The position numbers and the translations under genes are program-made. 64,000 nucleotides of DNA from Octopus vulgaris (Eukaryota): positions 66,836,001 to 66,900,000 of the forward strand of contig OX597823.1 of assembly GCA_951406725.2 (NCBI GenBank), written 5' to 3'. The notes under the pieces are model-generated. The model did no database searches. It had not been told where the DNA came from and saw nothing but the letters and a program-made list of their open reading frames with translations. Position 1 is the first letter of the stretch, and every line of letters starts with the position of its first letter. Shown here piece by piece: positions 51,546-64,000 of this stretch.

Positions 51546-53882
51546 AAAGAGACCTATATCATACGCAAATTTCTACTATAATACCAGATATACATCCGTG
51601 ATATTGAGAAGTCTGGAGTATTGTCTTTTGCTGAAAAAGTATTGTTTTTGCAAACTAAATAAGTGTTGCCCATTTGTTTTAACTTTTATATTAGTTATTT
51701 TGTTGTGTCTGATTATATTTTCGTGTCTCGTATGTTGTACAGAATATGTTCAGTGTGAGATATCTTGTCGATTTGAGTCTATGGTTCGTACGTGCTATGT
51801 GATTAATGTTTTGTATATTCATGTTACACGTCTTAGGAAGGCGTGAATTTTGTTTTTCTTCTTTTTTATATTTTAAATTCATGTTTGTAATTGGTATTCT
51901 GTATTCTTTGAAAGAGACAAAATCTTTGCTGGAAATATTCTGTAGACGGTTTTCTCCTTTCTTCATAAAAAAATATGATGAAATTAATTTTATAAGGAAA
52001 ATAATTTTATTTGCTGTATTTGCCATTTTTATTTTAATTTAGAATTATTCTTTCTAGAATCACAGACAATCTGTTTCGGAGATTTCACTCCTCTACAATC
52101 TGATAAGCTGTAGAAAACCAAACAAAAAAAATACAAAATTTTCTTGAAATATGTTTGGAAAAAAAACCTTTTATTCAGTTTTATTCTTTGGGTAAAAAAA
52201 GGTAATAATAAAATCATTTGGAATCGTTTACAAATTTAAACACTTAAAAAAAAATTGGTAAAATTCTTTCTAAAAATTTTGTATTTATCCATACTATCAT
52301 CAATGTTTGTAATAATACAGACGATAAATATTGAATTGAGATAAAACTTTTTCAAATTCATATTTATTTGATAACAAAACTGATACAGGATGCAAAAATA
52401 TAGTTTTGGTTTGTTTTTAAAATTTTGATGACAAAAATTTGGAAGCGTGTATACCCTATTCTCGAACATGCTGTTTTTCTCCTTTGCAAAGAAAAAGATC
52501 ACCATAGGAAACTGACTGTACAAAGAAATTTATAAAAACAAATAATTGTGTCTATTACAAATAATTCGCCAATCCATAGAAATGATCATTCTTGTGGAAA
52601 ATGTAGTCTTCATCCATGTCATACCCTATATAAGCACTATCCGTTCGAATGTTTCGCATAGCTTTTTTAACCATATATACGAATCGTCTTCATTGAAATC
52701 TTCACAAACGTTAGATGTACACTGAGGATAACCGAGCTAGGTGTCTAACTAGCAGCTTTTAGGTTGAAGAACATGTTTATAACACAAAGACTAATTATCA
52801 AACCAACAAAATTCCTCAGAAGACTGTGAAAGTCTTAAAGATGTTTCACCTATTATCTTCTAGCAGTGTTCTGACATAGAGCCACACATTATAAAACCTG
52901 ACATACCTACAAAAAATGCAAATTTGTTTCCTCATAACTTTCAGAAAAACGGGTATTCCTTAAAGACATTTTCTACAAATACCATTCAGACGGTGCAGAT
53001 TCTGATTATACTGGGATTTGCTACGAAACCTTTTTCGCAGGGGAGAGAGAGAAAAGTGTCGGGTAATTCACAGGAATCGATTTTTTTCCTCTTAACTTTC
53101 AAAAAGTAATGGCTATTTTAAAGAGATTTTCTACAAATACTATTTAAATAGAACTTGAAATTTCGAAATAATTATGTCATATGTGTCAGCATGCGCACCC
53201 ATCAAATTGATTCTTCAATTAAATTCCGATATAGTCGTAATATTCACCAGCTGAAAGACATTTCTAAAAAATGTGGCCAACAATATGTCCAGTTTTTCTG
53301 AAAGTTACTAGGAAACAACTTGTTTAGGTATGCCCAAAACATTAATACTTTCCTAAAAATTTGTGAAACAAGTTATCTTCCACAGGAAAATCAATATGGG
53401 CAAACAGACTTTAAAACTATTTTGTTGTCGTACAGTTTCTTAAATATGGTGCAACGAATATGTAAGCCCTACAGTATTATCGTCCTGAGTGTTGTATTCT
53501 CACGTATGACCATGTCTCTGTACAACCTCAATAGAAGCAGATTTATTTCATATCAGTTTTAAATTATCCCATACCAAATGTTGCTTCTCATTGAAAAATG
53601 AAGTGGAAAAATACGTTATCCCGTCACGCTATATCCAGAAAACATCCGAGTATATTTTGGCAAGTACAAATGATGGATGTATAAATAATCAATGTTCATC
53701 GGATACCCTGAATGTAAATACTCTTTTCGGGTAATACCGGTTACCTCAAATTTCCATTCCGTAGGCTCTCGTGTACACTGGATATTTTGTGTCCCAACAT
53801 TTTTAAATATCTTTCAGACTTTCATTTCTTACATTATGTAAATGTTAGCTGTTTGGTCATACGATATCTATCTATCTATCTA

Positions 53883-53937
<55 letters not shown>

Positions 53938-54265
53938 TATCGATCAATCTATCAGCATATATATATATATATATATATATATGAATGAACATATATGTAT
54001 GTATGCATGTATGTAATACTTCACCTCTAACAATTTAGAAGATAAACATACAACCCAAATCTTAATCTTATTACGACCCAGTATCTAGAGCCCTACCTAC
54101 CACAACATGTCATGTTCTACTTTCACCATCGGTATAAATATTGATTTTGCTTCATTGAAATCATCACCTGTCTTTAATGGGTTGATATACTGTGATTCTG
54201 TATCAATCTGATGTCTCTTATGTTTAATATTTACATTATAAACACAGACATGATTCTATGCAAAA

Positions 54266-54610
54266 GTGCAGGGATGGCTGTGTGGTAAGAGGTTTGCTTC
54301 GAAGCTACATGTTTTCAGGTTCAGTTCTACTATGTGCCACCTGTTGCGAGTGTCTACTGCCATAGTCTCAGGCCGAACAAAACTTGCAGGCAGATTTCGT
54401 AGATGAAAACTGAAAAAAAGTCTCGTCATATATGTGTGTGTATGTGTATATCTATGCGTGTGTGCCTTAGTTTGTGCACGTCGCCATATATTGAGCAGCT
54501 CGGTAAAAAGGGGCTGATAGATTAAGTACCAGATTTTTTTTTTAAATGGGGGATAGATTTCCTCGATTATTCACTTCATCACGTTGTATCAACACGGCCA
54601 CGAGTAAAAT
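54266..54610 (+). mobile_element. Diverged SINE family A
   Basis: gcagggatggctgtgtggtaag...ggttcagttc...gtagatgaaaactgaaa...ttaagtaccag. Confidence 0.75.
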
Positions 54611-55302
54611 GCAATGCAAAAAATATCTGTTAATTTATAATTCGTTAATTTCTATTGTGAATACGCATTTGCGTTGAGCATGAATTAACATGTAAACAAC
54701 GTTGAGTACCACTTGATAGCACAGACTAATTCAGTTGTAATGAGAAAGATCTTTATATAAGAAAACATTGAATTGCCCAAAGGATCCACCCATCGAAGAC
54801 AAAATCTTTGAAGGTTATAGAAAATTACATTCTGTAACTCATTCAAGGTTTGCAAACTTTGACTGTCCAACGTACATAACTACCACCATTCGAAGTCTTT
54901 ACCAAAAATAAAATAAAATAAATGGATACTGAGATCTAATTGCATTTATAAATAACTACATAGAAATAGTAAAAGATACATAAATACTAAATATACGTAA
55001 ATATCTATAAGGTAGGTAATATTTCAAAATTTACTTCAAAGCGGAAAGTGAGAATAGATAAAAGTAGAGTAATTGTATTACAGTGTGCTATATTCTTTCA
55101 AGTATTTCATTTTCTTATTATTCATCTAATATTAACCGAAAAATAAATTTATTGACGACAACACAACGAGCAAAGATATTTCAATTTTCACACCGGAATT
55201 ATCTTTTAGCACGAATTAGTGAAAATTTTAGTAAAAAGTCAGTGAAGCTTAAACACTTATCTACATTTCTGTATGAACATATGTATGGACATACCTATGT
55301 GC

Positions 55303-55335
<33 letters not shown>

Positions 55336-55338
<3 letters not shown>

Positions 55339-55570
55339 CAATTAGATGGTTGTCATAAAAAAACTCGGAGTTTCGGATAGATGTGTGTGCGTGCATGTAT
55401 GTATGTGTTTATATTTGTGCTACTTTCACCATGACTACTGAAATAATTTCCCTTTATTTAATGGTTTTGTCTTAGAGTATTGTCTTAATAACTGATGAGA
55501 TACCGGAGCAGCTTTCAGCCCTGAGATCCGAAACTCTGAGTTTTATTATGACAACCAACTAATTGTCGCA
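55336..55570. repeat. Inverted partial copy of the hammerhead 3' half (55336-55378 vs 55526-55568)
   Basis: gacaattagatggttgtcataaaaaaactcggagtttcgga vs tccgaaactctgagttttattatgacaaccaactaattgtc. Confidence 0.9.
55480..55554 (+). ncRNA. Type I hammerhead motif, intact core (HHR6)
   Basis: ttgtcttaataa-CTGATGA-(31 nt)-GAAA-ctc(t)gag-TT-ttattatgacaa. Stem I has 11 of 12 pairs; stem III matches that of HHR1. Confidence 0.8.
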
Positions 55571-55914
55571 TACTATATATATATAGATAACTTCCTCTAT
55601 TTTACATAATATCGAGGTCTCATTAATTCTTTTGTTGTCATACTATTATTATTATTAATATATATACATATATATGTATGTGTGTGCGTGTGTGTGTGTG
55701 TATGTAATGTGTGTGTATGTGTGTATTTGTGTGTGCGTGTGTGCATGTGTGTGTGTGTTCACACACAAACAGAGAAAGCGAAGTAGATACACATTATGTG
55801 TATGGATACGTTTGCGTTACATACAAGTTATCGTTCAAGAGAGAAACAAGGTCGCAGTAAAACAAAGTGTCTATGTTGTGGAAATGTACAAATAGAAAAT
55901 TGAAATATTATCTG

Positions 55915-56103
55915 CTTAAGCTGGTGTGTGGTAAAAACTTTGTTTCCAATAACATGGTTTTGGACTTACATTTCGAGCAAGTGTCTCTTGCTATAGCCTC
56001 GGCCGACCAAACCATGAAGAATTGATTTAGTATACATGTACATACATACACACATACATATGTGCATGTGTATGTGTGTATGGATGTAAAGATGTATATT
56101 TAC

Positions 56104-56171
<68 letters not shown>

Positions 56172-56770
56172 TTATGTAAGTATATGTATGTATATATGTA
56201 AATATATACATGTATGTATATATGTAAATATATACATTAAAGCCTAGCCAGGCTCATGGCCCCGGTTTCCCGGTTTCAATGGCGTATGTGTTCCCCAACT
56301 GGACGGGACGTCAGTCCATCGCAGCGTTACTCATTTTTGCCAGATGAGTGGACTGGAGCAACGTGAAATGAAGTGTTTTGCTCAAGAACCCAACGCATCG
56401 CCCGGTCCAGGAATCGAAACCACAATCTTACGACCATGGTGCTAACACCCTAACCACTAAGCCACACCCCTCCACATTATATATATATATATATGTGTGT
56501 GTGTGTTTGTGTGTGTGTGTGTGCGTGTGTGTGTGTGTGTATTATGTAAATGTATGTATCTAATGTGCGTAGGGTGGTCTTTGTGCATGTCTTAGTCTCC
56601 CGCCACCGCTGCTTTGCTTACGATCCGTCAAATAGCAGCTGAACCGACATATCAAGTACCAAACGTTAGTAAATAAGTGTTTGGATTTTTGTTGGGCTGT
56701 ACGCTTCAAGGCGATGCCCCAACATGGCTGCATTCCAATGACTGAAACAAGTAAAATCAAAAAATAAAGA
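55915..56770 (+). mobile_element. Diverged SINE family A split by a nested family C SINE
   Basis: Head 55915-56030, internal microsatellite, tail 56560-56770 (ccaacatggctgcattccaatgactgaaacaagtaaaa). Confidence 0.7.
56238..56476 (-). mobile_element. SINE family C (Meta-domain-like)
   Basis: Minus strand gtggaggggtgTGGCTTAGTGG...GGTTTCGATTCC...gctgcgatggactgacgtcccgtccag...gaaaccgggaaaccgggcc. Confidence 0.85.
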
Positions 56771-57717
56771 AACATATTTTTACATGCCTACAATAGGCCG
56801 TAGTTCTATTATGAATCAGTGGAATACAAGCGATTAATTTGTTGATGCAGACCACGCGGACTGCATAAATACGATTATAGTGCGACGCATTGTTTGGTAA
56901 TAAACAAACTTGCCCCTACCGAGGAAGGTATGACGAGTTTGAAATGTATTTGTGAGTCTGGCAGTGGGCGCTACTAAACTGATAAGTGTACATTTACATG
57001 TTTTCCATAAGTCAGAAGGTTTTCTCCAAGGTAAACTGCAGAGAAATTGCCCTTAGAAGTTAAAATGTGTCACAAACCTATTTCAGTTAAGCTAAAGTTT
57101 ATTTTCCAACACTGTTTCGTGATCCTACTTACGTATTTATTCATACCAGACGGTATACGAGCTCAGGCCAGTCACTACTATTGACTGGTTCATTATCATA
57201 CTACGGCTTACTGTCAGCTCAGAGCTGCCACTTTTTGATATCCCCTATTGAGGGAGGCACAGCAAGCCAGAAACGAATCTGAGGGTTCAATATTGGGCGC
57301 CATTGAGTTGATGATAGTGTAGCTACACCTTTTACAATAAGCGAGAATTATTCAAATGTCAGTGAAACTGACTTTAGAATTCAAGACATGTTAAAAACAT
57401 ATTTGAAGTAAACTTAAGTTTGTGTATTTAAATTAAGGATGCACATAAAATATTGACCAAAATGAAATAATATTCTGAAGATATAAAATTTATACATTAG
57501 CAGACGTCCAAATTGTCAATTTTGGAGTTATTTTTCTTCAGAGAGTATTTCCATTACTGTGAGGTACATTGATATATATCTTGTGACTGTTCTTTGATAT
57601 TGTCATATTTAAATTGTTAGTTTGCCTAAGTTGTAAAATAGCACATGAATATATAAGAATCTAATATCAGTATATAGATATATATATGGGGAAATTCTTT
57701 TGAATCAAAAGGCCTTT

Positions 57718-57755
<38 letters not shown>

Positions 57756-57764
57756 GTATGTATG

Positions 57765-57865
<101 letters not shown>

Positions 57866-58899
57866 GTGTGTTCTTTCTAAAGCTGAAAGAACGGAAATAA
57901 TTCTAGTCAATCACAATTCATACGTCGTTTACATTGGTGTTTGAACCTGATCTTTGAAAATTATTTTCTTAGATCTCTTTGCCAGTGCGAGTTTGCAGAC
58001 TGATACTGAGACATCTAATGACTGAAATATATAGGTTTTCAGTATGAAATCATTTCATTTTTAAGGCAATTCAGTGCAGTAACGTCTACATGAGAAACAT
58101 GAAATATGTTTGTCTGCTGTCAACTATATATTTTATGGAGAGGAAACCGATGCAAAATGTTGTATTGTCTTATTTTACATTTCATATTTCGTGAAATCTT
58201 TTCAAACCGAACATCTGCCAGTTCTTATGAGACCTTAGTTGATGTGTGTAACCTATGCATCACTGATATATCCGAAACCGCTTCAGAATTTTCGCTATTC
58301 CAGCTAAAGTTTTGGTGAATTAAAATTAGGATGTTGTTAGCAGAAATACCTGCTTCTGCGAATACATTTTATGCTTTTGTCAGAATCCATTCAAAGAAGT
58401 TAAACATCTGCAGAAATAGCTGTCATATCTTTCCAAAACCATATCAACCTGCGAAAAGAAGATATCGCAAGTCAATATATTCTTAAAATATAAAACGAAC
58501 GAGACAAATACGAGTGTAATTCCATTGATCGCTGGTCAACTCGATTATTGTCGACCTGGTGCTGGTTAAGACTAGAGTGGCACGTATACTGCAATATGTA
58601 TCTTAAATACTTCTTAGAATTAGCCATAATTAAAAAAAGGAATATGTCAACCTTAGTATGTCTATCTTGACATGCTAACCTTTCCTGGGAAAATTTCAAG
58701 ATTAAATTATTTTCCTGCTTTCCTCAATTGTTTCTCTCCGTTTTTCAAATAGTTCCCATCATGAATCACACGAGACAGCTGTTCCTTATTTAGAAAGCGC
58801 TTGCAATAAAACTGTCAAATGTATTACATTAATGTGCATTAATGTGCTTTAGTAGCCATAACCTCAGCCAATCATAGTGATTCTCTTCTTAAGTATCTG

Positions 58900-60450
58900 T
58901 CATCTGGTGGAGATTACCTCCGACAATATTATAATATTTACAATAGCTTCTGCTCTGCTGAAATTAAAGGTTAAGGTCAATGCTTCCATATGGAGTAATG
59001 TAATATATCACAATTGCATGAATTCTGTTAGATCTAACCATTAGGAGGTGTTGAAAATGATCAATTGAAATTATATCTTCATTAAATATTTATGATATTG
59101 ATTCTCTTTGAATTTAGCATGAGAGAGCAGACAATTAAATTTAGTTCTATATATGTGTAGTTCGCTCTTGGTCTGTTCACCCTGGAGTGGTGGAGCATCA
59201 GTGATGATACCGGGTAAAGTTACTGTTAATGAACGAAACTAAATTCATGTTAAAGAATTTAGTCTAACACTTTACTGTATCTTAAATTGTTTTAACATTA
59301 AAAAATAGCATTGTTGCATCGGTTGCCATTTAAAATATGGCAATATGATTTGTTGTCAACTGAACTGGGAGCAGTATATTGCCGCTCTATAAGTTATGGA
59401 ACTTTGATACGAAGAACTATTTCAGCCCAAGTGGTATTAAACCCGAGAACATAATCTTTCTGATCATAATAACTTAGTTAAATATCATGAAACTGTTCTG
59501 TAAATTGCTAAGTTAATCATGAGAAACTAACGAAGGTAGAAATTACTTATAGACAATGAATCTCAGCTTAACGTCATGGTACATTTTGTTATAGGATTGA
59601 AGCAAAGCCAAACTTAAATTAACTTACAGATTTAGAAGTTCACATTTGGACAGGTAGGCAAAGTTTCATTTCTACAACTTCAAATATTATTGCAAAGGCA
59701 ACGACTTTGTTGATAAACTCTTCCCTGCCCTTAATTCCTTATTCATCGCCGTCACGTATCCTTAACGAAACATATTGGTATTTCTACTACAATTTAGCCT
59801 TGATTTCTTTCGTAATTTAGGAAATACACAAGCAAAAGATTACGACACATCAACACGCATAGTTAATAGGGCGATTGTAGTGAGTGAGCTCTGTGAATTT
59901 GTTAATGATCTGGTTTTATTAAAATTCTCTGAACTAACTATTGCGTGTTGGTTAAAGATCAACGGGTTGGCAAATTATCATTTCTTATTAGAATCACCTT
60001 CGGATCAATGGATCTACATGTAACTTGGGAGATGAGTGATAGCTTGTCCACCTTGCGATACGAAAGCAACAATTAATCTTCTAATGGACTTCTTCAATGT
60101 GGTATTGTTCTAGTTAATTTCTCCCAGATCAATTGGGACTGATTAGTTCTTACATGGGAAGCATTACAACCATGACTACCTCTTGTTTATGATCGATCAT
60201 ACTGTTTCAAGGATTATATTATCCATGCGATCGTATTTCTTAAGATATTAGGATGAAAATTCAATTGTAATTAACTGATATTTCAAAGTTTATTTGCAAT
60301 CACTTAGCGGTTCCCTGAACTTGTTATTGTGACTGATAAATTTCTACCAATTAAGTTGTTTTACTCTTTTTGGTCTTTCGTAGATAACATGCCTTGGATG
60401 CTGGAAGTGCTGCAATAATTTTACATCAAACATGTGACAGAGAGTAAATA
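58900..60450 (-). mobile_element. Very decayed Ty3/Gypsy pol remnant (RT connection, RNase H, integrase)
   Basis: Ordered weak motifs on minus: IAALPASK..LR, KFI..EPLS, CNASH (cf. CDAS), IVAFVSQ (cf. PIAFASR), LPGIITD, NG.I..RIH. Confidence 0.45.
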
Positions 60451-61124
60451 CACCAAAGTGGGCAACGTTAATACAATAAGTGGACGAAAATTGGGTATTG
60501 CTTATAGTAGTTTAAAGAAGTGGAAATCTATTACGAGGGATACAGCGTGTTACCGCTTGTTCATTTGTGATTAATAAATAGAGCAGGGAATTAATAAATA
60601 GGGCAGGTATGTATGTATATATGTATACATATAGAGTTTAGATTTGTATTGCAACAATAATAAAGGTGATGATAATGGTGATAATGATAATTGAAATGCA
60701 AAAGTCCCTGGGAAATTTTGTTTACAAAATTTCTAAATGTAGCCAAGCAATTACTGCATTAGCTAGTGTCAAAATACAGGTTTCTTGACATGTTCAACAA
60801 ACCGTGACGCCTAAACCAAAGACCATTCAACTTAAATAATTTAGTGAAGCCACGCACTGATAGATCAGAATACTGTTTGCAAAACTTAACATTCTAGAAC
60901 CTATAAAATGTATTAAGGCGCACATTTTAGCTATCTCATAACAGTTATAAGTGCCACCACTACTATATGAAGCTAAAGATTGCATAGTGTAGTGCATGAA
61001 AGTACCAGTTCAATCGGAATAACGTTTAATATTCATTATTTCATCATTTCATTATATTACCCTATATTATGTTAGTATAAAATTGAAAATAAAACGTAAA
61101 TCAAAGTTGGAACTCCTTCGATTA

Positions 61125-61171
<47 letters not shown>

Positions 61172-61179
<8 letters not shown>

Positions 61180-62040
61180 CAATAATTGAGGGTAAAATTA
61201 ATTAGTTATTAATCAATTTCACCAAGTAGTGTTCAGTATGTAAAAGGACCATTTAAGGCGTATTCAAAATATTACATTATATAATTAGGGCTTAGTAAAA
61301 TAAATTACTTTGCCACATACTGAAATTTTAGAAATAGCAGCCAACAGGTTTTTTAGCTGTTTCCACTACTTTAAGAAAAATTCTCCCAGATAATATTTAA
61401 TCAAAAATAACTCACGAAGATATGGAGGTAAAAAAACAAAATATCACAAGAAATGTCACGTTTCTAGATTAGCCGTAATAAAACTCAACGCCTTAAATGG
61501 TCCTTTTACATACTGAACACTACTTGGTGAAATTGATTAATAACTAATTAATTTTACCCTCAATTATTGATATTATAATTTCTTTCTCCCTGTTCTGTTA
61601 CTACGGTTCTCACCGTTATGGTATGTTTGCTAGATGGCTCACGAAGGTGGAAGGAGAAAGAACATGAATCTTCGCTTGTACAATTTGAATTTGCTAGTAC
61701 TGGCAGTTTGAAGGTATTTGTCTGAGGTGATACATTGTCGGACGAGTATGTTCATTTTTTAGTGCTTTCAAATCCAAAATTAAGAAATGTTGAGCTGGCG
61801 AAGGAAATGCTGAGTTTTATTTCGGCTAATCTAGAAACGTGACGTTCTCAAATGATCTTTGTACTTGTGATATTTTGCTGTTTTACCTCCATATCTTCGT
61901 GAGTTATTTTTGAGTAAACATTATCTGGGAGAATTTTTCTTAAAGTAGTGGAAATAGCTAAAAAACCTGTTGGCTGCTATTTCTAAAATTTCAGTATGTG
62001 GCAAAGTAATTTATTTTACTAAGCCCTAATTATATAATGT

Positions 62041-62042
<2 letters not shown>
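61172..62042 (+). mobile_element. TA-flanked hammerhead-bearing non-coding element with interleaved inverted repeats (A-B-A'-X-B')
   Basis: A 61172-61261 = rc of A' 61488-61577 (identical by eye). B 61272-61487 ~ rc of B' 61811-62042. (TA)n on both sides. Confidence 0.9.
61790..61851 (+). ncRNA. Type I hammerhead motif with A6G substitution (HHR7)
   Basis: ttgag-CTGGCGA-..gctgag(ttttat)ttcggc..-GAAA-cgt(g)acg-TT-ctcaa. Confidence 0.7.
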
Positions 62043-62076
<34 letters not shown>

Positions 62077-62891
62077 GACAGGGAAAACCATCTTGTTAAT
62101 GTCCTGCTGTTTGTATTTGTGTACCATTTCTCCGTTTTTTTTTCTGTCCTTGCTTTCGTATACATTAGTGCATTGAAATATTATATTTCGAAAAATTATA
62201 TATGTATTGGAAAACCTTGGGTGTGCAATTCGTGCGATTTGTGGTTGCTATTCATAACACCTCGAATAACCACATACTTCTTAAATCATTTGTGTATGCG
62301 ACTTTGTGTCACACATATTGTCAGCGGGAAGATCTTGAATAAGTGAATCTACCGAGAGGTACATATTTGTATATTCATCTCTTATTATTTTTCAACGACA
62401 AAATCGAAACTGGCGAATCTAGTTTTTTCATTTTTTTTTTCTTTTTTTGGAAGAGACTCAAGCAAACATTTGAGAAATTATATTTGGAAAATAGGTCTTT
62501 GCTTTCCCTATTCACTTTTATTTCGTACAGACCTGGCAATGAACCATTTGATTTCCTCGATATTCTCACAATATCTGATATTCCTTCACTTTCTCAGGTT
62601 CCTTATTTTTCTTACAACAATGATTGATAAATTACTTGTCAAATAAATTTTTGCCAAAGGCGTCTATATAGGTATTATGTATTATCAGGAGGGCAGTGTA
62701 ATACTTCACAATAAAGAAGATATACCTATACATACATGAACACACACACAAATATGTACATATGCATGTATATATATATATATACAAACACATACATATA
62801 TGCGCGTATGTTATCAAACGTCAGTATATGTATAAAGGTTTATCTTACTATACGTATTTATTCATATATACACATACACAAAGATATAAAT

Positions 62892-62945
<54 letters not shown>

Positions 62946-63031
62946 GTATGTATTTTTTATTTATTTAAATATATATAGATATATATACACACACGTACAC
63001 ACATATTTATACATACCTACATGTAAATAAA

Positions 63032-63081
<50 letters not shown>

Positions 63082-63742
63082 CACATGCATACACCCATTC
63101 TCCCATTTTCATATAATGCATAAACAAATATTGTTATGATGTAGGAAAAGTTAAAATGTTTCAAAAGAGGATAAAATACAAATTTTATTTGTTGACAGGT
63201 GTCATAAATGTTAAAAATTAATACAATGATATTTTCGATGCTGACTTCAGGGATGAGTGAAATATCAATTTCTGAACTATGCAAATGCTTTTAAGACTGC
63301 TTTTCTTTTTATTTCTTGTGAATTTAAAGCAGGCACGCAGAAGAATATCTGATTATTTATTCATTTTGCAGAACATATTGTATAGCTTCCCAAGCTCTGC
63401 AGATATGTTTATATATCACTTTACAGTTACTATTTCAATTTCCTAAACTTTTGTAATTTTATTTTTCTGACTCGCATAACGAAATAATTAATATCATTTA
63501 TGAACAATAATATCTAATGAAAGAAAATCCGTTTATACACATATTGTGTTCCAACATACATTGATGTGTGGGATGGCGGTGTTTAGTACCATGATGTACA
63601 AAAAAAGAAATATATTCCTGGCCAACAGGTATACATTTATTTGATATAGTTATTGTCTGATGTTGTATGTTTGTGAGTGTGCGCATGCGCGTGTGTAAAT
63701 GTGTATGAGCGTGTACATTTATATTCATAAATATGCATATTC

Positions 63743-64000
63743 AGGGGTTGGACAAAATAATGGAAACACCTAAAATTTCAGACAAATTTATTTTAATACG
63801 GAGTAGGACCGCCTTTCGCACTAATTGCAGCTTGAATTCTACAAGGCATGGACTCGTACAAATTTTGAGTTGTTTCCAAAGGAATTGTTGTCCATTCTTC
63901 TGCTAAAACAGTTTCCAGCTCTTGTAGTGATGATGGTGGAGGATATCGACTCCTTATTTGTTTTTCTAAAATGCACTATAAATGTTCAATAATATTGGGA
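63743..64000 (-). mobile_element. Tc1-like transposon 3' end with TIR; continues beyond the window
   Basis: Minus strand PNIIEHL*CILEKQIRSRYPPPSSLQELETVLAEEWTTIP...LYESMPCRIQAAISAKGGPTPY* (stop 63793-63795). TIR-like caggggttggacaaaataatggaaacacc. Confidence 0.9.

Noticed and set aside
51382-52523. ORFs of 95-154 aa in AT-rich DNA
   Set aside because: The first starts within a SINE; compositions are low-complexity F/L/I/K/C with no domain motifs.

Overview
AT-rich, microsatellite-dense eukaryotic DNA. The SINE families and the (TA)n/(CA)n/(GATA)n load resemble an octopus-type cephalopod genome (recognised from memory, not verified). I found no convincing host protein-coding exon, and almost all ORFs in the track are microsatellite read-throughs, so this looks like a large intron or intergenic region. 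Transposon content: a 5'-truncated Penelope-like element (PLE; RT thumb + GIY-YIG, 870-2830), a young GC-rich L1/Tx1-type LINE inside a (GATA)n array (16624-18555), decayed mariner, Tc1 and Ty3/Gypsy remnants, and three tRNA-derived SINE families. The most notable unannotated signal is a set of type I hammerhead ribozyme motifs (CUGANGA...GAAA...NUH): five complete folds (three with intact core, two with a single core substitution) plus truncated or degenerate copies. Each lies in a short module next to (TA)n or a similar microsatellite, and several such modules carry fold-back inverted repeats. In the module at 61172-62042 the inverted copy joins the end of the unit to its start, implying a circular or tandem ~565-nt ribozyme-containing RNA template, i.e. 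a retrozyme-like, TA-targeted, non-autonomous system probably mobilised by the PLE.
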